Shown one piece after another: positions 40,131 through 53,933 of a stretch of 64,000 nucleotides of DNA; within the stretch, counting starts at the first letter, position 1; each line of letters starts with the position of its first letter. Below the pieces are notes generated by a model, which had not been told where the DNA came from, searched no databases, and worked only from the letters and a program-made list of their open reading frames with translations. A program made the translations under genes and the position numbers. This DNA is from Octopus sinensis (taxonomy: Eukaryota): NCBI RefSeq assembly GCF_006345805.1, contig NC_043012.1, forward strand, positions 9,734,001-9,798,000, given 5' to 3'.

Positions 40131-40649
40131 CACGTAGAGGATAGTATTTTTTGTCGAGAATTTCCCCATAAGATTCATCTCAAAGAGCTCTTTTATTCGA
40201 ACACAACAATGGTATATTTTCCTTCAATATAAACAGATATTTCGAGATTCAAATCCATTTTGTGGGTTGGTTACAATTCTTTCTTCACTTAAAACCTTTG
40301 CTGTTTGTTAGCCAATACTTTTTGACGCAGTTTTCACCAAACTATTCTTCTCAATGAGTACATTATTCTAAATTGATTTATTTTAAATCTATATTTTTCT
40401 TTTAAAATAACTGAGATATTTTGATACAAATTCAATTTTTCGCCTTACTCTCCCATTCTTGAGGTTACATATTTCGATCTAGCTTTTTACTTCTGAATCA
40501 ATTTTTAATTATTTGATCTTAAAACGATCTTAAAAATACGCATTCAATTTGGTTGAAAACTGAACAAGCGATGAAACCTAGAATTGCTCGCGATTAGCTA
40601 ATAGGTGACCTTAACGTTATATGATATATGTATAATGATATATGTATGT

Positions 40650-40830
40650 ATACGGTGAGAGTGCTGAAAAGTTCCATTCTTTGAGTGTATCGCGATAGGC
40701 CTGGCTGGAGGACCAACCTTTCGAGTTCTTTTATAGGGCTTAGAAAACCTGAAGGGGCGCTGCTCTATGAGTGTTAGTCTGAGAGGAGAAAATGTTGAAC
40801 AAAATCATAATTAAGTGATCCACCTGTATT
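40650..40830 (+). mobile_element. Short mariner derivative (TIR-like start + transposase C-terminal remnant)
   Basis: TACGGTGAGAGTGCTGAAAAGTTCC start; FFYRALENLKGRC...LRGENVE. Confidence 0.55.
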
Positions 40831-40872
40831 TTGTTTTACTCAAAAGCGGTAATTTTCCGCAAATGCAAATCG

Positions 40873-40917
<45 letters not shown>

Positions 40918-41039
40918 ACACACACACAACACACACACACACACAAACATAACACACATATATTTATTTATATCGTATATACATACACATATGTATATAT
41001 TTATTTGTGTTTATATATATACATATATATATATGAGCG

Positions 41040-41208
41040 CATGAGTGGCTATATCTTAAGACTCTTGTTTCCCAACCACATGGTTCCGGGTTCAGTTTCA
41101 ATGCGTGACACCTTGGGCAAGTGGCTTCTACTATATCCTCAGGTTAGCTAAAGCCTTGTGAGTGGATTTAGAGGGGATATAGCCTCTAATTCTCACGGAA
41201 ATATATTA

Positions 41209-41250
<42 letters not shown>

Positions 41251-41490
41251 CATAATATATATATATGTATGTATGTATGTATGTATCTATGTAAATATGT
41301 ACGTATTCATGTGACTGTGTTGTCACCCACCATCGCTTGACCAAAGATGTAGGTGTGTTCGGCAAAGAAAACTGATAGAATAAGTACTAGGCTTACGAAG
41401 AATAAGTCCTGGGGTTTGATTTGTTCGATTAAAAGTGGTGCGAGAACATGGTCGCAGTCAAATCATTAAAATAAGTAAAAGAATAAAAGA
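41040..41490 (+). mobile_element. SINE family 2, diverged
   Basis: Head, CCTTGGGCAAGT motif and tail recognisable. Confidence 0.8.
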
Positions 41491-42894
41491 ATATATATAC
41501 ATATATCAATAGTTAGGTGAATGATAAATTTCTCAAGTGTCCTGTGAAAAATACATTGTTATTTGTCCTCTGGTTTCAGTCACTTTGAACATTTTACCGA
41601 ACAGGTATAAATAAGAAAAGTACCAGATGAACACCGGGGTGAGGCATTCAACCCTGTTACTGAAGTTGCATTTTTCAGCAAGCCTATATGTTTGGAACAT
41701 ATACATACATTTCAGTATAGCTTTCTTGAAAATGATATTTATATATATATATATTTTATATAAAACAACAAATCTATGTCAACGTACACAGAACTAACTA
41801 TAGATGTCAAAATGGTTCACCTCCAAGATCTCTCATTTGTAAAGACAACCAATTATGCTAAAATGAAATGGTTCATTTAGCTAGTGTCTACAAAAATAAT
41901 TGAAATTTTTATACAGGAGTAATAAATATTTAATCATGAATTCTTCCAGAATAATTGTCTTGTAATTAAATCATGCTGTGACATTAGTAGATGATACATA
42001 ATTAATTAGGTATGAAGGTAAAGAGACAGTTTGTAGAATTTCTTCATTTTTTCGTGTTATGCAATCATACGTTCCTTGTGGAGAATTATTAGTTCATCGC
42101 TCTGGCTGTAATATAAACCGAACATTTCAAAAGTACCACCTTCCATATTCTTGTAAGCTACAGGCAAGCTCTTCTCATTCTTTCCTTTGATGTTTTCAAT
42201 TCTCTATGGCGATGGTGTGAGAACATTTTGATCGATGCGAAAATATTTAAGAAGTAATTCGGGTCAATTTCTTTCTACAGGTAAACAAAATCGATTTTTG
42301 TTCGTAATGGTTTTTCCTTTCGATATTTCCAGCCCCCGGTCAGAAGTTCCGAAACAAATTCAGGATTCTTTTAGAAATTTTGCCAAGAAAATACTGGACA
42401 AAGTTCTTTTGTAATTTTAGTGAAATTATTTGATAACAAATAACTGCTTGGTATCAGCTGAGAATATTTTCGTGAAATTTCTGTTAAATATCGAATTTCT
42501 AACTGCAGGATCTAGTATGTATACCAGCAGATTGTCATTCTCAGTTTGATGGTCAATTCTGTGAGTCTGCGTTGGTTGTTAACAAAATGTTGGATTTCCT
42601 GCTTTGAATTTTTCTTCTTAGTTGCACTAATTCCATTACAAGATAAACGGTTTTTTTTCCTTCTAGAGAGATGAGAAATATTGGATTCCATTATAGAAAA
42701 TTTTTACTTGCTGGAGTCGGAGTTAAGTTTAAATCAAAGATAGACCTTGTTCTATTATCGTACGTATATATGCACACACAAACACACACACACATACACA
42801 CATACACACACACGCACACACGCACACACACACACACGTACACACACAAACACGGACACGCACACACATATATATAATTTATATTAGTATATAT

Positions 42895-43285
42895 ACTCTT
42901 TTACTTGTTTCAGTCATTTGACTGCGGCCATGCTGGAGCACCGTCTTTAGTCGAGCAAATCGACCCCAGGACTTATTCTTTGTAAACCCAGTACTTATTC
43001 TATCAGTCTCTTTTGCCGAACTGCTAAATGACGGGGACGTAAACACACCAGCATCGGTTGTCAAGCAATGCTAGGGGGACAAACACAGACACACAAACAC
43101 TCATACACACACACACACATATATATATATACGACTCGCTTCTTTCAGTTTCCGTCTACCAAATCCACTCACAAGGCATTGGTCGGCCCGAGCAGAAGAC
43201 ACTTGCCCAAGATGCCACGCAGTGGGACTGAACCCGGAACCATGTGGTTGGTTAGCAAGCTACTTACCACACAGCCACTCCTGCG
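42895..43285 (-). mobile_element. SINE family 2
   Basis: Homology to 15198-15602 (reverse complement). Confidence 0.9.
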
Positions 43286-43304
43286 CGTATATGCATATAT
43301 ATAT

Positions 43305-43350
<46 letters not shown>

Positions 43351-43519
43351 TTATTGTTATTATTATTATTATTACTATTATATGATTGAACGCCACGCAT
43401 CCTCTTCCAAGTAAGTTTTATCTTAATAATTCTGATGCGCACTCTATACGAACAACTTACTCTTTGGTTTTTCTCCTTTAACTCACTTATTGTTTTACCT
43501 CCTCTTCTCCCACTATTCT

Positions 43520-43677
43520 TTCGACCCCAGGACTTATTCTTTGTAAGCCTAGTACTCATTCTATCGGTCTCTTTTGCCGAACCGCTAAATTACGGGGAGG
43601 TAAACACACCAGCATCGGTTTCAAGCGATGTTGGGGACATACACAGACACAAACACACACACACACACACACACACA

Positions 43678-43720
<43 letters not shown>

Positions 43721-43795
43721 TATATATATATATATATATATACATATATACGACGGGCTTCTTTCAGTTTCCATCTACCAAATCCACTCACAAGG
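43520..43795 (-). mobile_element. SINE family 2, partial
   Basis: Homology to 15198-15602 (reverse complement). Confidence 0.85.
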
Positions 43796-44222
43796 ATGTG
43801 ATGGAGAATTTCTATTTTGGTTATATTTGGGGTACTTAAGTGTGCTCATGACTTAGTGTTTGCTTCTTCCATGGGTATAAGTAAGTATTTCATTTATTTC
43901 TCACCGTATTTATCGCTGACGAGAAGAAAAGTCTTATGAATTAACTCTGAAATTGGGACCAATGCGATAATAACGGAATTTTTTTAGAAATTTCTGTCGG
44001 CTTAATTTGAGATACGTGCTTATAGTGATAGATTATATGGTTATTGACGATTTGTCTAAATTCGGCATATTTGGCATTAGATTTTTTTCTTTTGCCCTTG
44101 TTTATAAGTTGTTTATAAATTTAACCTTTAAAGGTATTTTAAATATGCTGGCCATTGATAGAAATTCTTTCGAAAAATTTTATCCTATTTTAGATGTATA
44201 TATATATATACATATATATATG

Positions 44223-44313
<91 letters not shown>

Positions 44314-45650
44314 TTATATTATCAATAATTAAGGGTAAAATCAATTAGTTATTAATTAATTTCACCAAGTAGTGTTCAGTATGTAAAAGGACCATTCAAG
44401 GCGTATTCAAAATGTTACGTTATATAATTAAGGCTCGGTAAAATAATTTACTTTGCCACATACTGAAATTTTTAGAAATAGCAGCCAAAAGGGTTTTTTA
44501 GCCATTTCCACTACTTTAAAAAAAGTCTCCCAGATAATGTTTACTCAAAAATAATTTTTTGTAGATATGGAGGGAGAACAGCAAAATATCACATGTACAA
44601 ATCTGTTCAATATGATATAACTCATATAATCTCATCGATAAATGTTATCTTGCTTACATAATATTATTGAAATGATCAATGCCCATTTTACGGTAATATT
44701 CCATATGTATGCTAGCAAAGCTAAATCTCAAAGACAATATTTCAATTTTAGTTCTTTAAAATACTTCAGCTTTTATGTGGAATGCTCGAAACGCTAAAAT
44801 CAAACTCCGATTAGGGACCCTGCTCCGTAACTATAATACGTTTTGCTATGAAATACTAGGTTGCGTTATTCTGTCAATATCCCTCAACTACTCTCCCCTC
44901 TCCATCTTGTTTTATTTCCAATCCTTCACTGAACAAACACTTCGCTGACTTCTCCGTTGCTTTGAGGGTCTGTACAAGCCATAGATACCAACAGTTCAGC
45001 TCACACTATATAATAAACCAAAATATGGCAGAAGTCAATGGTTATTTAAAAACAAGGGTGTGTAATACAAATTGCATAATAGTAAGTTTTCATAGGACAT
45101 GAATTATATTTATTGCCTCTCCTTGCACAATAAATAATTTTAAAAAATCACATACGGGATAAATGAATAAGATTAAAAATCAAGCGAGTATACTTCAAAT
45201 TAGAGATCAACTATTTCGTTATCTATCCCACTGGGGTAACATTTAACATTATACATGACAAACATATGTTCACTTTTATTGCACATTAAAACTAATCGAT
45301 GATTTCTCTTGCTTCGATTTCAATTGATAAATATCAAAATTTTCTAATAAATGCAAAGCTCTCTCAAATGCAGCAGGCAAACGTATTTCCTTTCAGAAAT
45401 TTTGGAATGCCGGATCAGACAGTCGCTGTTTATGATAGATAACATTTTCGCTTTGTTTTCTAATAATCCTTTTTTATTCATCCACTCATGTACCACGATT
45501 TTATCATGTAATGTTTTCCTACTACCACATGTTTATCAATTAACTTGCGTGTATTCATCTAGTCGTGTGACGCATAATTGACTCTGTTAGGTGACATTTT
45601 TTATATATCGATTCATTTTATGGATGTATTCGATTTTATTGCAGTTTTAT

Positions 45651-45814
45651 TCACGTACGTCGTGCACAACTGAAATTACATTTTACCATTTTACATTTCG
45701 TTTCGGAACGATTGCAATATTTTTCGTCCATAAAGTCATTATCTGAGTACAATACCACAGTTGGTTCCAACATTACAACACTAGACATGTCTGTATGTTG
45801 AATTGTCCATAGGC
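45651..45814 (-). CDS. Weak candidate terminal exon (LWTIQH...YCNRSETKCKMVKCNFSCARRT*)
   Basis: Acceptor GTATTTTCTTAG; 54 open codons; AATAAA overlapping the TGA. Confidence 0.25.
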
Positions 45815-45994
45815 CTAAGAAAATACACGACTGGATGTGGAGAATGACGATACAGTAGGTAATCAGACTAGGAGTCATTCAGGTTTTGACCATGCCTAAA
45901 AAGAACAATCATGCCGGAGTCGTTATCACCGCAAGCCTGAAGAAGAGATTCAATTCCCATGATTAGTTTAAACTAAAATATCTAATTAATTTAA

Positions 45995-46214
45995 CCTTTT
46001 CGTTACTGTATTTATTTTGAGATGCACTGTGTTTCTTTCAATTGCTTTAAATATAACAAAGAATTTAGTAAAATAACTTAGTTATCATTCAGCTAGTGTT
46101 AGGAACATAAATTGTGATTAAGGTTTGGTGGAAGATTTTAATTCAAAACTTATGAAGACAAGACATTTGTACTCAGAGCCAGAGTCGGTTTCAGCCAGGT
46201 TGGTATCAAAAGGG
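45995..46214. mobile_element. piggyBac-type MITE
   Basis: TTAA on both sides (45991-45994, 46215-46218); imperfect TIRs CCTTTTCGTTAC / GTATCAAAAGGG. Confidence 0.7.
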
Positions 46215-46743
46215 TTAAATTAATTTAGAAATAATCCTTCCTTCTGAAGGAAGGAGGCCAGTATTCAAATAGTTCTTACTTTATTCAATTCCGAAAGTGA
46301 TGAATGGCAAAGTCACCCTCGGTGGAATTTGAATACGGAATGTAAAAACAAAAGGAATGGCGAGAATCCGTTTGCTCGGCTGCTAATGATTTTGCCACGA
46401 CGTAGTATTAATAATAAGAATACCAATTTTTAGTCATAACTGCCTAACAGTGTGTAATGTATGCACTAACTTACCGAGTGACAAGCAGAACTATAATATT
46501 GATTAATTTCTGTTTGTCTTACTTGTTTAAAGTTCTTTTTTTTTCTCTCATCAATATGGATGAGATTATAAAAATTAAGCGTTGTTTGGATTATTAGATA
46601 AAGCATGCTTCCCAGCCACAGTGCTAACTGCGAAATACTTTATTTTAAGCATAACATATTTGTAAACAAACACGCAAAAAACACATACGTATATTCACGC
46701 ACAAACGCACACATTCATACATAAATATATATAGATATATATG

Positions 46744-46960
46744 TGGAGGCGCAATGGCCCAGTGGTTAGGGCAGCGGACTTGCGGTCGGAGGATCGCGGT
46801 TTCGATTCCCAGACCGGGCGTTGTGTGTGTTTATTGAGCGAAAACACCTAAAAGCTCCACGAGGCTCCGGCAGGGGATGGTGGTGATCCCTGCTGTACTC
46901 TTTCACCACTCTAAAGGCGGTGCTCCAGCATGGCCGCAGTCAAATGACTGAAACAAGTAC
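46744..46960 (+). mobile_element. Chimeric SINE: family R head/body joined to a family 2 3' tail
   Basis: ...CTTTCACCACTCT|AAAGGCGGTGCTCCAGCATGGCCGCAGTC... Confidence 0.8.
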
Positions 46961-47309
46961 AAAAAAAAAAATACATACATGCATGCATACATACAAACAT
47001 ACATGGATCCATCCACCCACGCATGCATTCATATTTCGTGTGGCCTGGGAATATACATCACATTCAGCTCTACACTAATTATAGATACACCCCATAAGAA
47101 ATGCTTCGTTAATAACCTTAAATCAACACATACATATATGTACACGTATATATATATACACGCGTATATGTATACATATACATATACACACATATATATA
47201 TACATATATATATATGTATACATACATATATATATATATATATACACATAAATATATATACATATATGTATATCGATATATATATATATATATATATGTA
47301 TGTCTGTGT

Positions 47310-47343
<34 letters not shown>

Positions 47344-47365
47344 ATACAAGGATATCCCGAGGTAA

Positions 47366-47451
47366 TGCAGTACGATCGTTTCACGCAACTCCATTTAATT
47401 GAACAATGCAAACATTACATCATTTTAAATGTAGAGCAATCCTCAGCAGCA
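47366..47451 (-). ncRNA. Hammerhead motif, family B copy 3
   Basis: TGCTG-CTGAGGA-...-GAAA-CGATCG-TA-CTGCA on the minus strand. Confidence 0.75.
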
Positions 47452-47672
47452 CAAAACAGAATTTGATTAAATTAGAACAGATGGATACAGTATAATTTCA
47501 CTTAAAATCTCCAAAGAACATGCTGCCTTTACTTCAGCTTAGACTCTACTAAGGTATCGGCTGAAGTGAGGGCAGCATGTTCTTTGTCTATCTCCTTAAC
47601 TTCTCGGAGATGTTAAGTACAATTATACTAATGTGTCCATCTGTTTAAATTTAATTAAATCCCGTGTCATTG

Positions 47673-47758
47673 TGCAGCTGAGGATTGCTCTGTATTTAAA
47701 TTGATGTAATGGTTGTAGTGTTCAACTAAATAGATTTGCGTGAAACCATCGTCCCGCA
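47673..47758 (+). ncRNA. Hammerhead motif, family B copy 4 (diverged)
   Basis: TGCAG-CTGAGGA-...-GAAA-CCATCG-TC-CCGCA. Confidence 0.6.
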
Positions 47759-47867
47759 TTAACTCTGGATATCCTTGTTGATATTGATTTGAATCACCTT
47801 ATTTTAGTACCATACTAAATTTTGGTACCTCAACTTAAGTACCATATTCATCTGAATCTAAATTTTT

Positions 47868-48128
<261 letters not shown>

Positions 48129-49290
48129 GATACTCAAGATGTGTGTGTAATCTATACTTGTGTTCTTGTAATGCGAAAGTAAAATACGTTACAAATTCAT
48201 ATAAACTTAACAGCTTCCCTGTAAATTTAAAATCAGCGTGTCAAAGACAGCAACATCCAAAACCAAAAACAGACATAGAACTCTAATTACAAATATGTTC
48301 TGAACAATGGCAGAAATATTTCTAATACCTTGTGCACTAAGGAAAGTAGGAATGATGTGAGCTATTTTGTAAGATAATTCATAAGATATATTGCAATATA
48401 TTAAACGAACTGATTTTCTCTTTAAAGGCGGAGAGATATAATCGCATTTAATATTTCATTGAACACATTAGCGTGTGAGGGTGGAAGGAAAATAACAAAG
48501 AAACAAAAACGAAATGCCTCCATAGAACATTTCTGGCAGTGGAAATGAGGTATTTAATTACAAATTCGTGCTTGTGTGCTAAAAAATATATCGATATAAG
48601 TAATTGGAATGCCAACTGGTGTTCTTCAAACGACTAATTTGTTTCGCGAAGATTTAGAACTAAAGTATAAGTTAGCTGTGCAAGTTGAAGATTTTGTTTG
48701 TGAAATATTGCAACTGAGCGAATAGAAGATAATTTAATAAACGATTTAACAATAATATAAGTGTGGGGACTAGAGGAGGAAGCAGAACAAAAATAAAAGC
48801 TTATCTTTTGAAATGTCTGATATATATTGATAGAAGGCATATATCCCTATTACAATGCTAAGATTCTGAAGATGCTGTTAAATGACTCACTGCATTTAAT
48901 TGTAAACAACAACTACATATCATATATATATACATACATACATACATACGTGGAATGATTTGCAGTTATACTGATTAAGTCAAAAGAGCTGAGTGCTATT
49001 GCCTTTTTTATATTAATGTCTTAACAATGGTTGTTCTGAAAGACAATACCAAGGCTGGTGGTACTGTGAGCTATCTCAGCGCCTAAGATATTTCTCAAAT
49101 AATTAATCGGTTAATTAATGAATTGGAGGTGGTATCTGAAGTCATACGACAACGCAAATGTTTTGCTATAACTCGTGTCTATATGTATATCTATATATCT
49201 ATATCCATGTCTCTGTTTACCTAACTATCTTTCTATCTATTTATCTATCTCTCTATATCTATACATACACATACAATTATATACGTATAT

Positions 49291-49347
<57 letters not shown>

Positions 49348-49812
49348 ATATAATATATATATATATGTGTGAGTGTGTATACGTATATATATGTATCTTT
49401 GTATGTAAACCTATACATATACGTATAGTATTTAAAAATTAGATTATATCTAAATAAGTACAAACCACATCGGATATAATTAAAGAGAAGCGTAATCAAC
49501 GGTATTGTTGGAAACAATATGAATACACACCTACTTAAATCAAGACAATGCACGTCAATATGGCCAATTACTTCTATGTATTGCATAACATAAAAATATA
49601 AATTCTATACCTTAGGGATGGCGTTATCATTGGATATAATTTAGATCTATAAAGCATTAACTCATGATTATATATGCTAATTAGCACAGCTGTAGTTATG
49701 CCAAACTGATGACGTGCAAATTACTTTGAATAATTGTGCTTGCTTTGCATTTGCATCTAATAATTTCAGAGATTAGGATCCTAAGAAAGTGGCTGTTATA
49801 TAGATCCAAAGA

Positions 49813-50392
49813 TGGCGGCGAGCTGGCAGAAACGTTAGCACGCCGGGCGAAATGCGTAGCCGTATTTCGTTTGCCGTTACGTTCTGAGTTCAAATTCCGT
49901 CGAGGTCGACTTTGCCTTTCATCCTTTTTGGGTCGATTAAATATGTACCAGTTACGCACTGGTGTCGATATAATCGACTTAATCCATTTGTCTGTCCTTG
50001 TTTGTCCTTTCTTTGTTGAGCCCCTTGTGGGTAGTAAAGAAATAGTTATTCCGTCTGCCGCTACGTTCTGAGTTCAAATTCCGCCCAGGTCGACTTTGCC
50101 TTTCATCCTTTCGGGGTCGATTAAATAAGTACCAGTTACGCACTGGGGTCGATATAATCGACTTAATCCCTTTGTCTGTCCTTGTTTGTCCTCTGTGTTT
50201 TGCCCCTTGTGGGTAGTAAAGAAATAGGTATTCCGTCTGCCGTTACGTTCTGAGTTCAAATTCCGCCGAAGTTGACTATGCCTTTCATTCTTCCGTCAAT
50301 TATATAAATACCAGTTACGCACTGGGGTCGATGTAATCGACATAATCCCTTTGTCTGTCCTTGTTTGCCCCCTGTAGACAATAAAGAAATAA
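49813..50392 (+). mobile_element. SINE family 3 trimer inserted as one unit
   Basis: Units near 49862, 50045 and 50229; 15-bp TSD ATATAGATC(C/T)AAAGA at 49798-49812 and 50393-50407. Confidence 0.9.
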
Positions 50393-50839
50393 ATATAGAT
50401 CTAAAGACATTTATTTATGTTAATACCAGTAATTCTCCCAGGAGAGATGCATGTATTTTATAAACATGGTGACAGTTATTGCACGTTATATATTTTCTCA
50501 AAACTTATATCTTTTGACTTGAGGATTACTCACTCACGAAACTTTTACTTGTTTCAGTCATTAGAAAGCGACCATGCTGGGGCACCACCTTACGTAATAT
50601 TTAGTCGAATGAATCGAACCAATTAACTCTTTATTTGTGAAGCCGGCTACTCATTCCGCTGTATATAAATACAAAATGTATCCCTAATTAGTGGTTTGAG
50701 TTTTCTACTGCTCTTTCTAGCACAAGGCTTTCCTATTTGGAAACCTCTTAATGTGTTTTAATGGTACACGATATATAATGGTACACGCTAAATTAATAAT
50801 TATCCAAAATTTTGACCACCTCATTTATATATATATATT

Positions 50840-51160
50840 TACGGGGTGTGGTCAATAAGTATTTGGACTGTTGCTATAGTAACGAAGCTAAAGCACCCAA
50901 ACTGAAACCGCTTGGCAACAAGTGACCTTTGACACTGGTGTGTACGCGCACTAAGTTTTAATTTTTTCTAGCTCACTTCCGTTCTTTACAGCAGTGCTTG
51001 GAAGGAACGTGTGTAGCGTATGATCATCGCATTGACCATCACAGAGAAAGTTGTCATGGTGATACCTGCTCAGAGGCCTACACAAATTTGCAGAAAGGCC
51101 ATAGGGAGGAGTTTATGAGCCGCACACTAGTGTACGAGTGCCTCATTCCGGGTGTATTGA
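50840..51160 (+). mobile_element. Mariner 5' fragment
   Basis: TIR-like TACGGGGTGTGGTCAATAAGTATTTGGAC; GDTCSEAYTNLQKGHREEFMSRTLVYEC resembles the mariner HTH. Confidence 0.7.
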
Positions 51161-51512
51161 TGGTATTTGCTAATTATGTCACCGTACATTTGGGAAGCAA
51201 ACTTATAAACCAAATAACCACGCCTGTTTCTAGAAGACAGCTTAAGCGTAAGAAAATACTCATAATTATTTCTCCGTATTGTATTGTAGTGTAATCTTTT
51301 CTGGTCTTAATGCATTCTGGTACTTCTCGTATGTGCTGCAACATAAAGGCATTGTGTTAATAGTCATGTGTAGCCGGCTATGCGTAGCAGTTGTAAGTTT
51401 TACATCAAATTCTGTAATCTGATGTTTACCATTATAAGATATTTTAAAACTTATATCAGATGAGTCTTCTTTGTCTGTGTGTGTGTTATCTAAATATATA
51501 AATGTATATATG

Positions 51513-51546
<34 letters not shown>

Positions 51547-51840
51547 TATATATATATATATATATATAAAATTAGAAAAAATCCTACCTTTTATCAATTC
51601 AAAATGAACAATTAAATTACACCATCTAGAAAATTACATATAATAGAAATATTAAAATTAAAATAACTATAAAATATCAATGATTAAGTAAATTGCACAA
51701 AAATAATAAAAACGTATATAATTGGTCGAATAACGACACGTGTTATATATGTATGCTTATGTATATAGGTATATGTATATATACATATATATGTATGCAT
51801 ATATATTTATATGTATAAATATATATATGTTGATATATAT

Positions 51841-51981
51841 AAATTAAATAAGAGATAAAAACACTATTAGGTAAATCAAACAATGAAAAACATAAATCAA
51901 ACCATAAAAATAAAAATAATTAATGTTTATGCTTTTCATTGTTTGATTTGCCTAATAGTGGTTTTGTCTCTAATTTAATTT
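51841..51981. repeat. Palindrome (~56-bp arms) next to (TA)n
   Basis: 51841-51896 is complementary to 51926-51981. Confidence 0.8.
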
Positions 51982-52161
51982 ATATTTATACTGTGAAATT
52001 AGATTTAATCCTAAATCTAATTTTTCCCTGTAAGTTTGGATTTACTCCCTAATATTATTATTATGTTATATATATATATATTATATATATATATATATAT
52101 AATATATATATATATATCAGTAAATATATATATATATATGTGTGTATGCATATATGTATGG

Positions 52162-52219
<58 letters not shown>

Positions 52220-53199
52220 ATATGTATATATATATACATGCATACATACGGATATATGCACATGTATATGCTTAAAAACCACTCCTGTTTGCTGCGTTTA
52301 GCATTATGTTACTCACTGTTTGTGTTATCACGACGATTGCTGTGTGATTTCCATTCTTCTCTTCACGGTTTATTTTCACCTTACGAAAGTGCAGATAAGA
52401 GCTATCTATCCACTTCTTGACTATTTTAAATCACTTGTTAGTTTGGTTGGCTTTATATAGTCTTCCTATATTAGCGATATTGTAAGAATTGCTTCTTCGT
52501 CCTCTTAATCTTCCGCGTCTCATAGTTAAGTATTTTTAATAATATATTGTTTTATTCTTTTCCAATCTTCGTGTGAATACAGTTGCCAAGGAAGCTCGAT
52601 ACGAAAACAGATTTGTCGAGTTTCCATTCGTTACTGCTGTTACTTTAGTCTCTTCGAAATATTCCATGTGTCAAAGTTGACTATTCGTTCTTCATTGAAA
52701 GGACGACATTCATGAAGAATTCTGAAAACTTACGACAAATATGTTGTAAATTGTAATTTTACATTGTTGGATGAATCGATACGTCCAGTAAGGATTTGGA
52801 ACTATATAACATGTACGAAGCTTCCGAAAGATTTTATTATACCATTGTTTCAATTTCAAGTCATAGATAAGGTTTTGCGTATGTGAGCCTGATATTATTC
52901 TCTTTCAATTGTTTTCCGATGTTCGTACGTTGCTTTTGATGAAAGTATTTTATACGTCTTTTGGAGGATTTCCTATTTATTGGCTGTGCATCCATCACAA
53001 CTCAGAAAAAAAGTTTATCTGTTATTTTCAGTATCCCGTTTTCATAATTATACTGTTATCATCGAGTGAAGATATCCATTCAATATTTTCTCTTTATTCT
53101 CTATGATGTTTATCTCAACATTTCCAACATTGCCTATACGAACATTTCGATATACGTAATATTATTTATTATCGTTACAATTGCGAATATCACTTAAGA

Positions 53200-53760
53200 T
53201 ATCGAGCTGGCAGAGTTGTTAACATGTCAAAAAGAGAAAAACATTGCATCAGCCTTTCTGAGTCTTTTCGGTCTGAGATCAAATTCTGTTGACGTCAATT
53301 TTGCCTTTCGCCGCTATCTGGGCTGATAAAATAAAGCACTTGTGTACCAGTTAATTCCTAAGGTAAATATGATTTATTTACACCCTCCTCTCAAAATACT
53401 GATTTTTTCGTAAATTAGAGTTATTATTCAAAGTGGCGAACTGGCAGAATCATTACAGCATTGGAATAGTTACCCGCCAACATTTCTTTCGGCACCCATC
53501 GTTTCCAGTTCAATTCTGACGATATCAAGGTTTCTTTTCGTCCATTTCGTAGTCACTCAATAACAACACATGGCTAAGTAAAGAAGTGAGTTAGGGAGGA
53601 GGGAAGCATTAAATATTATTATTATTATTATCAATACTATGCTCCGCTGTTTGAGGTCGATTCCCCCTTTCATTCTTTCGGGGTCGATAAATTCAGTATT
53701 AGTTGAGTACTGGGCTCGATGTAATCGAATATCCCCCTCCTCCAAATTGTGCTTATTGTA
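53200..53760 (+). mobile_element. Three diverged SINE family 3 fragments
   Basis: GAGCTGGCAGA heads at ~53205 and ~53437; GGTCGAT..TTCGGGGTCGATAAA at ~53655. Confidence 0.6.
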
Positions 53761-53871
53761 GAAAGGAATATCATCAGTATTACTATTATCATTATTATTG
53801 TTATTATCATTATTATTTTATTATTATTATTATTATTATTATATTATTATTATTATTATTATCATTATTAA

Positions 53872-53933
<62 letters not shown>

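Larger units (their letters stand above)
47347..47777. mobile_element. ~430-bp palindrome made of two divergent family-B pLTR copies
   Basis: Left arm is the reverse complement of the right arm; apex hairpin 47512-47586; right arm homologous to 11120-11330. Confidence 0.8.
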
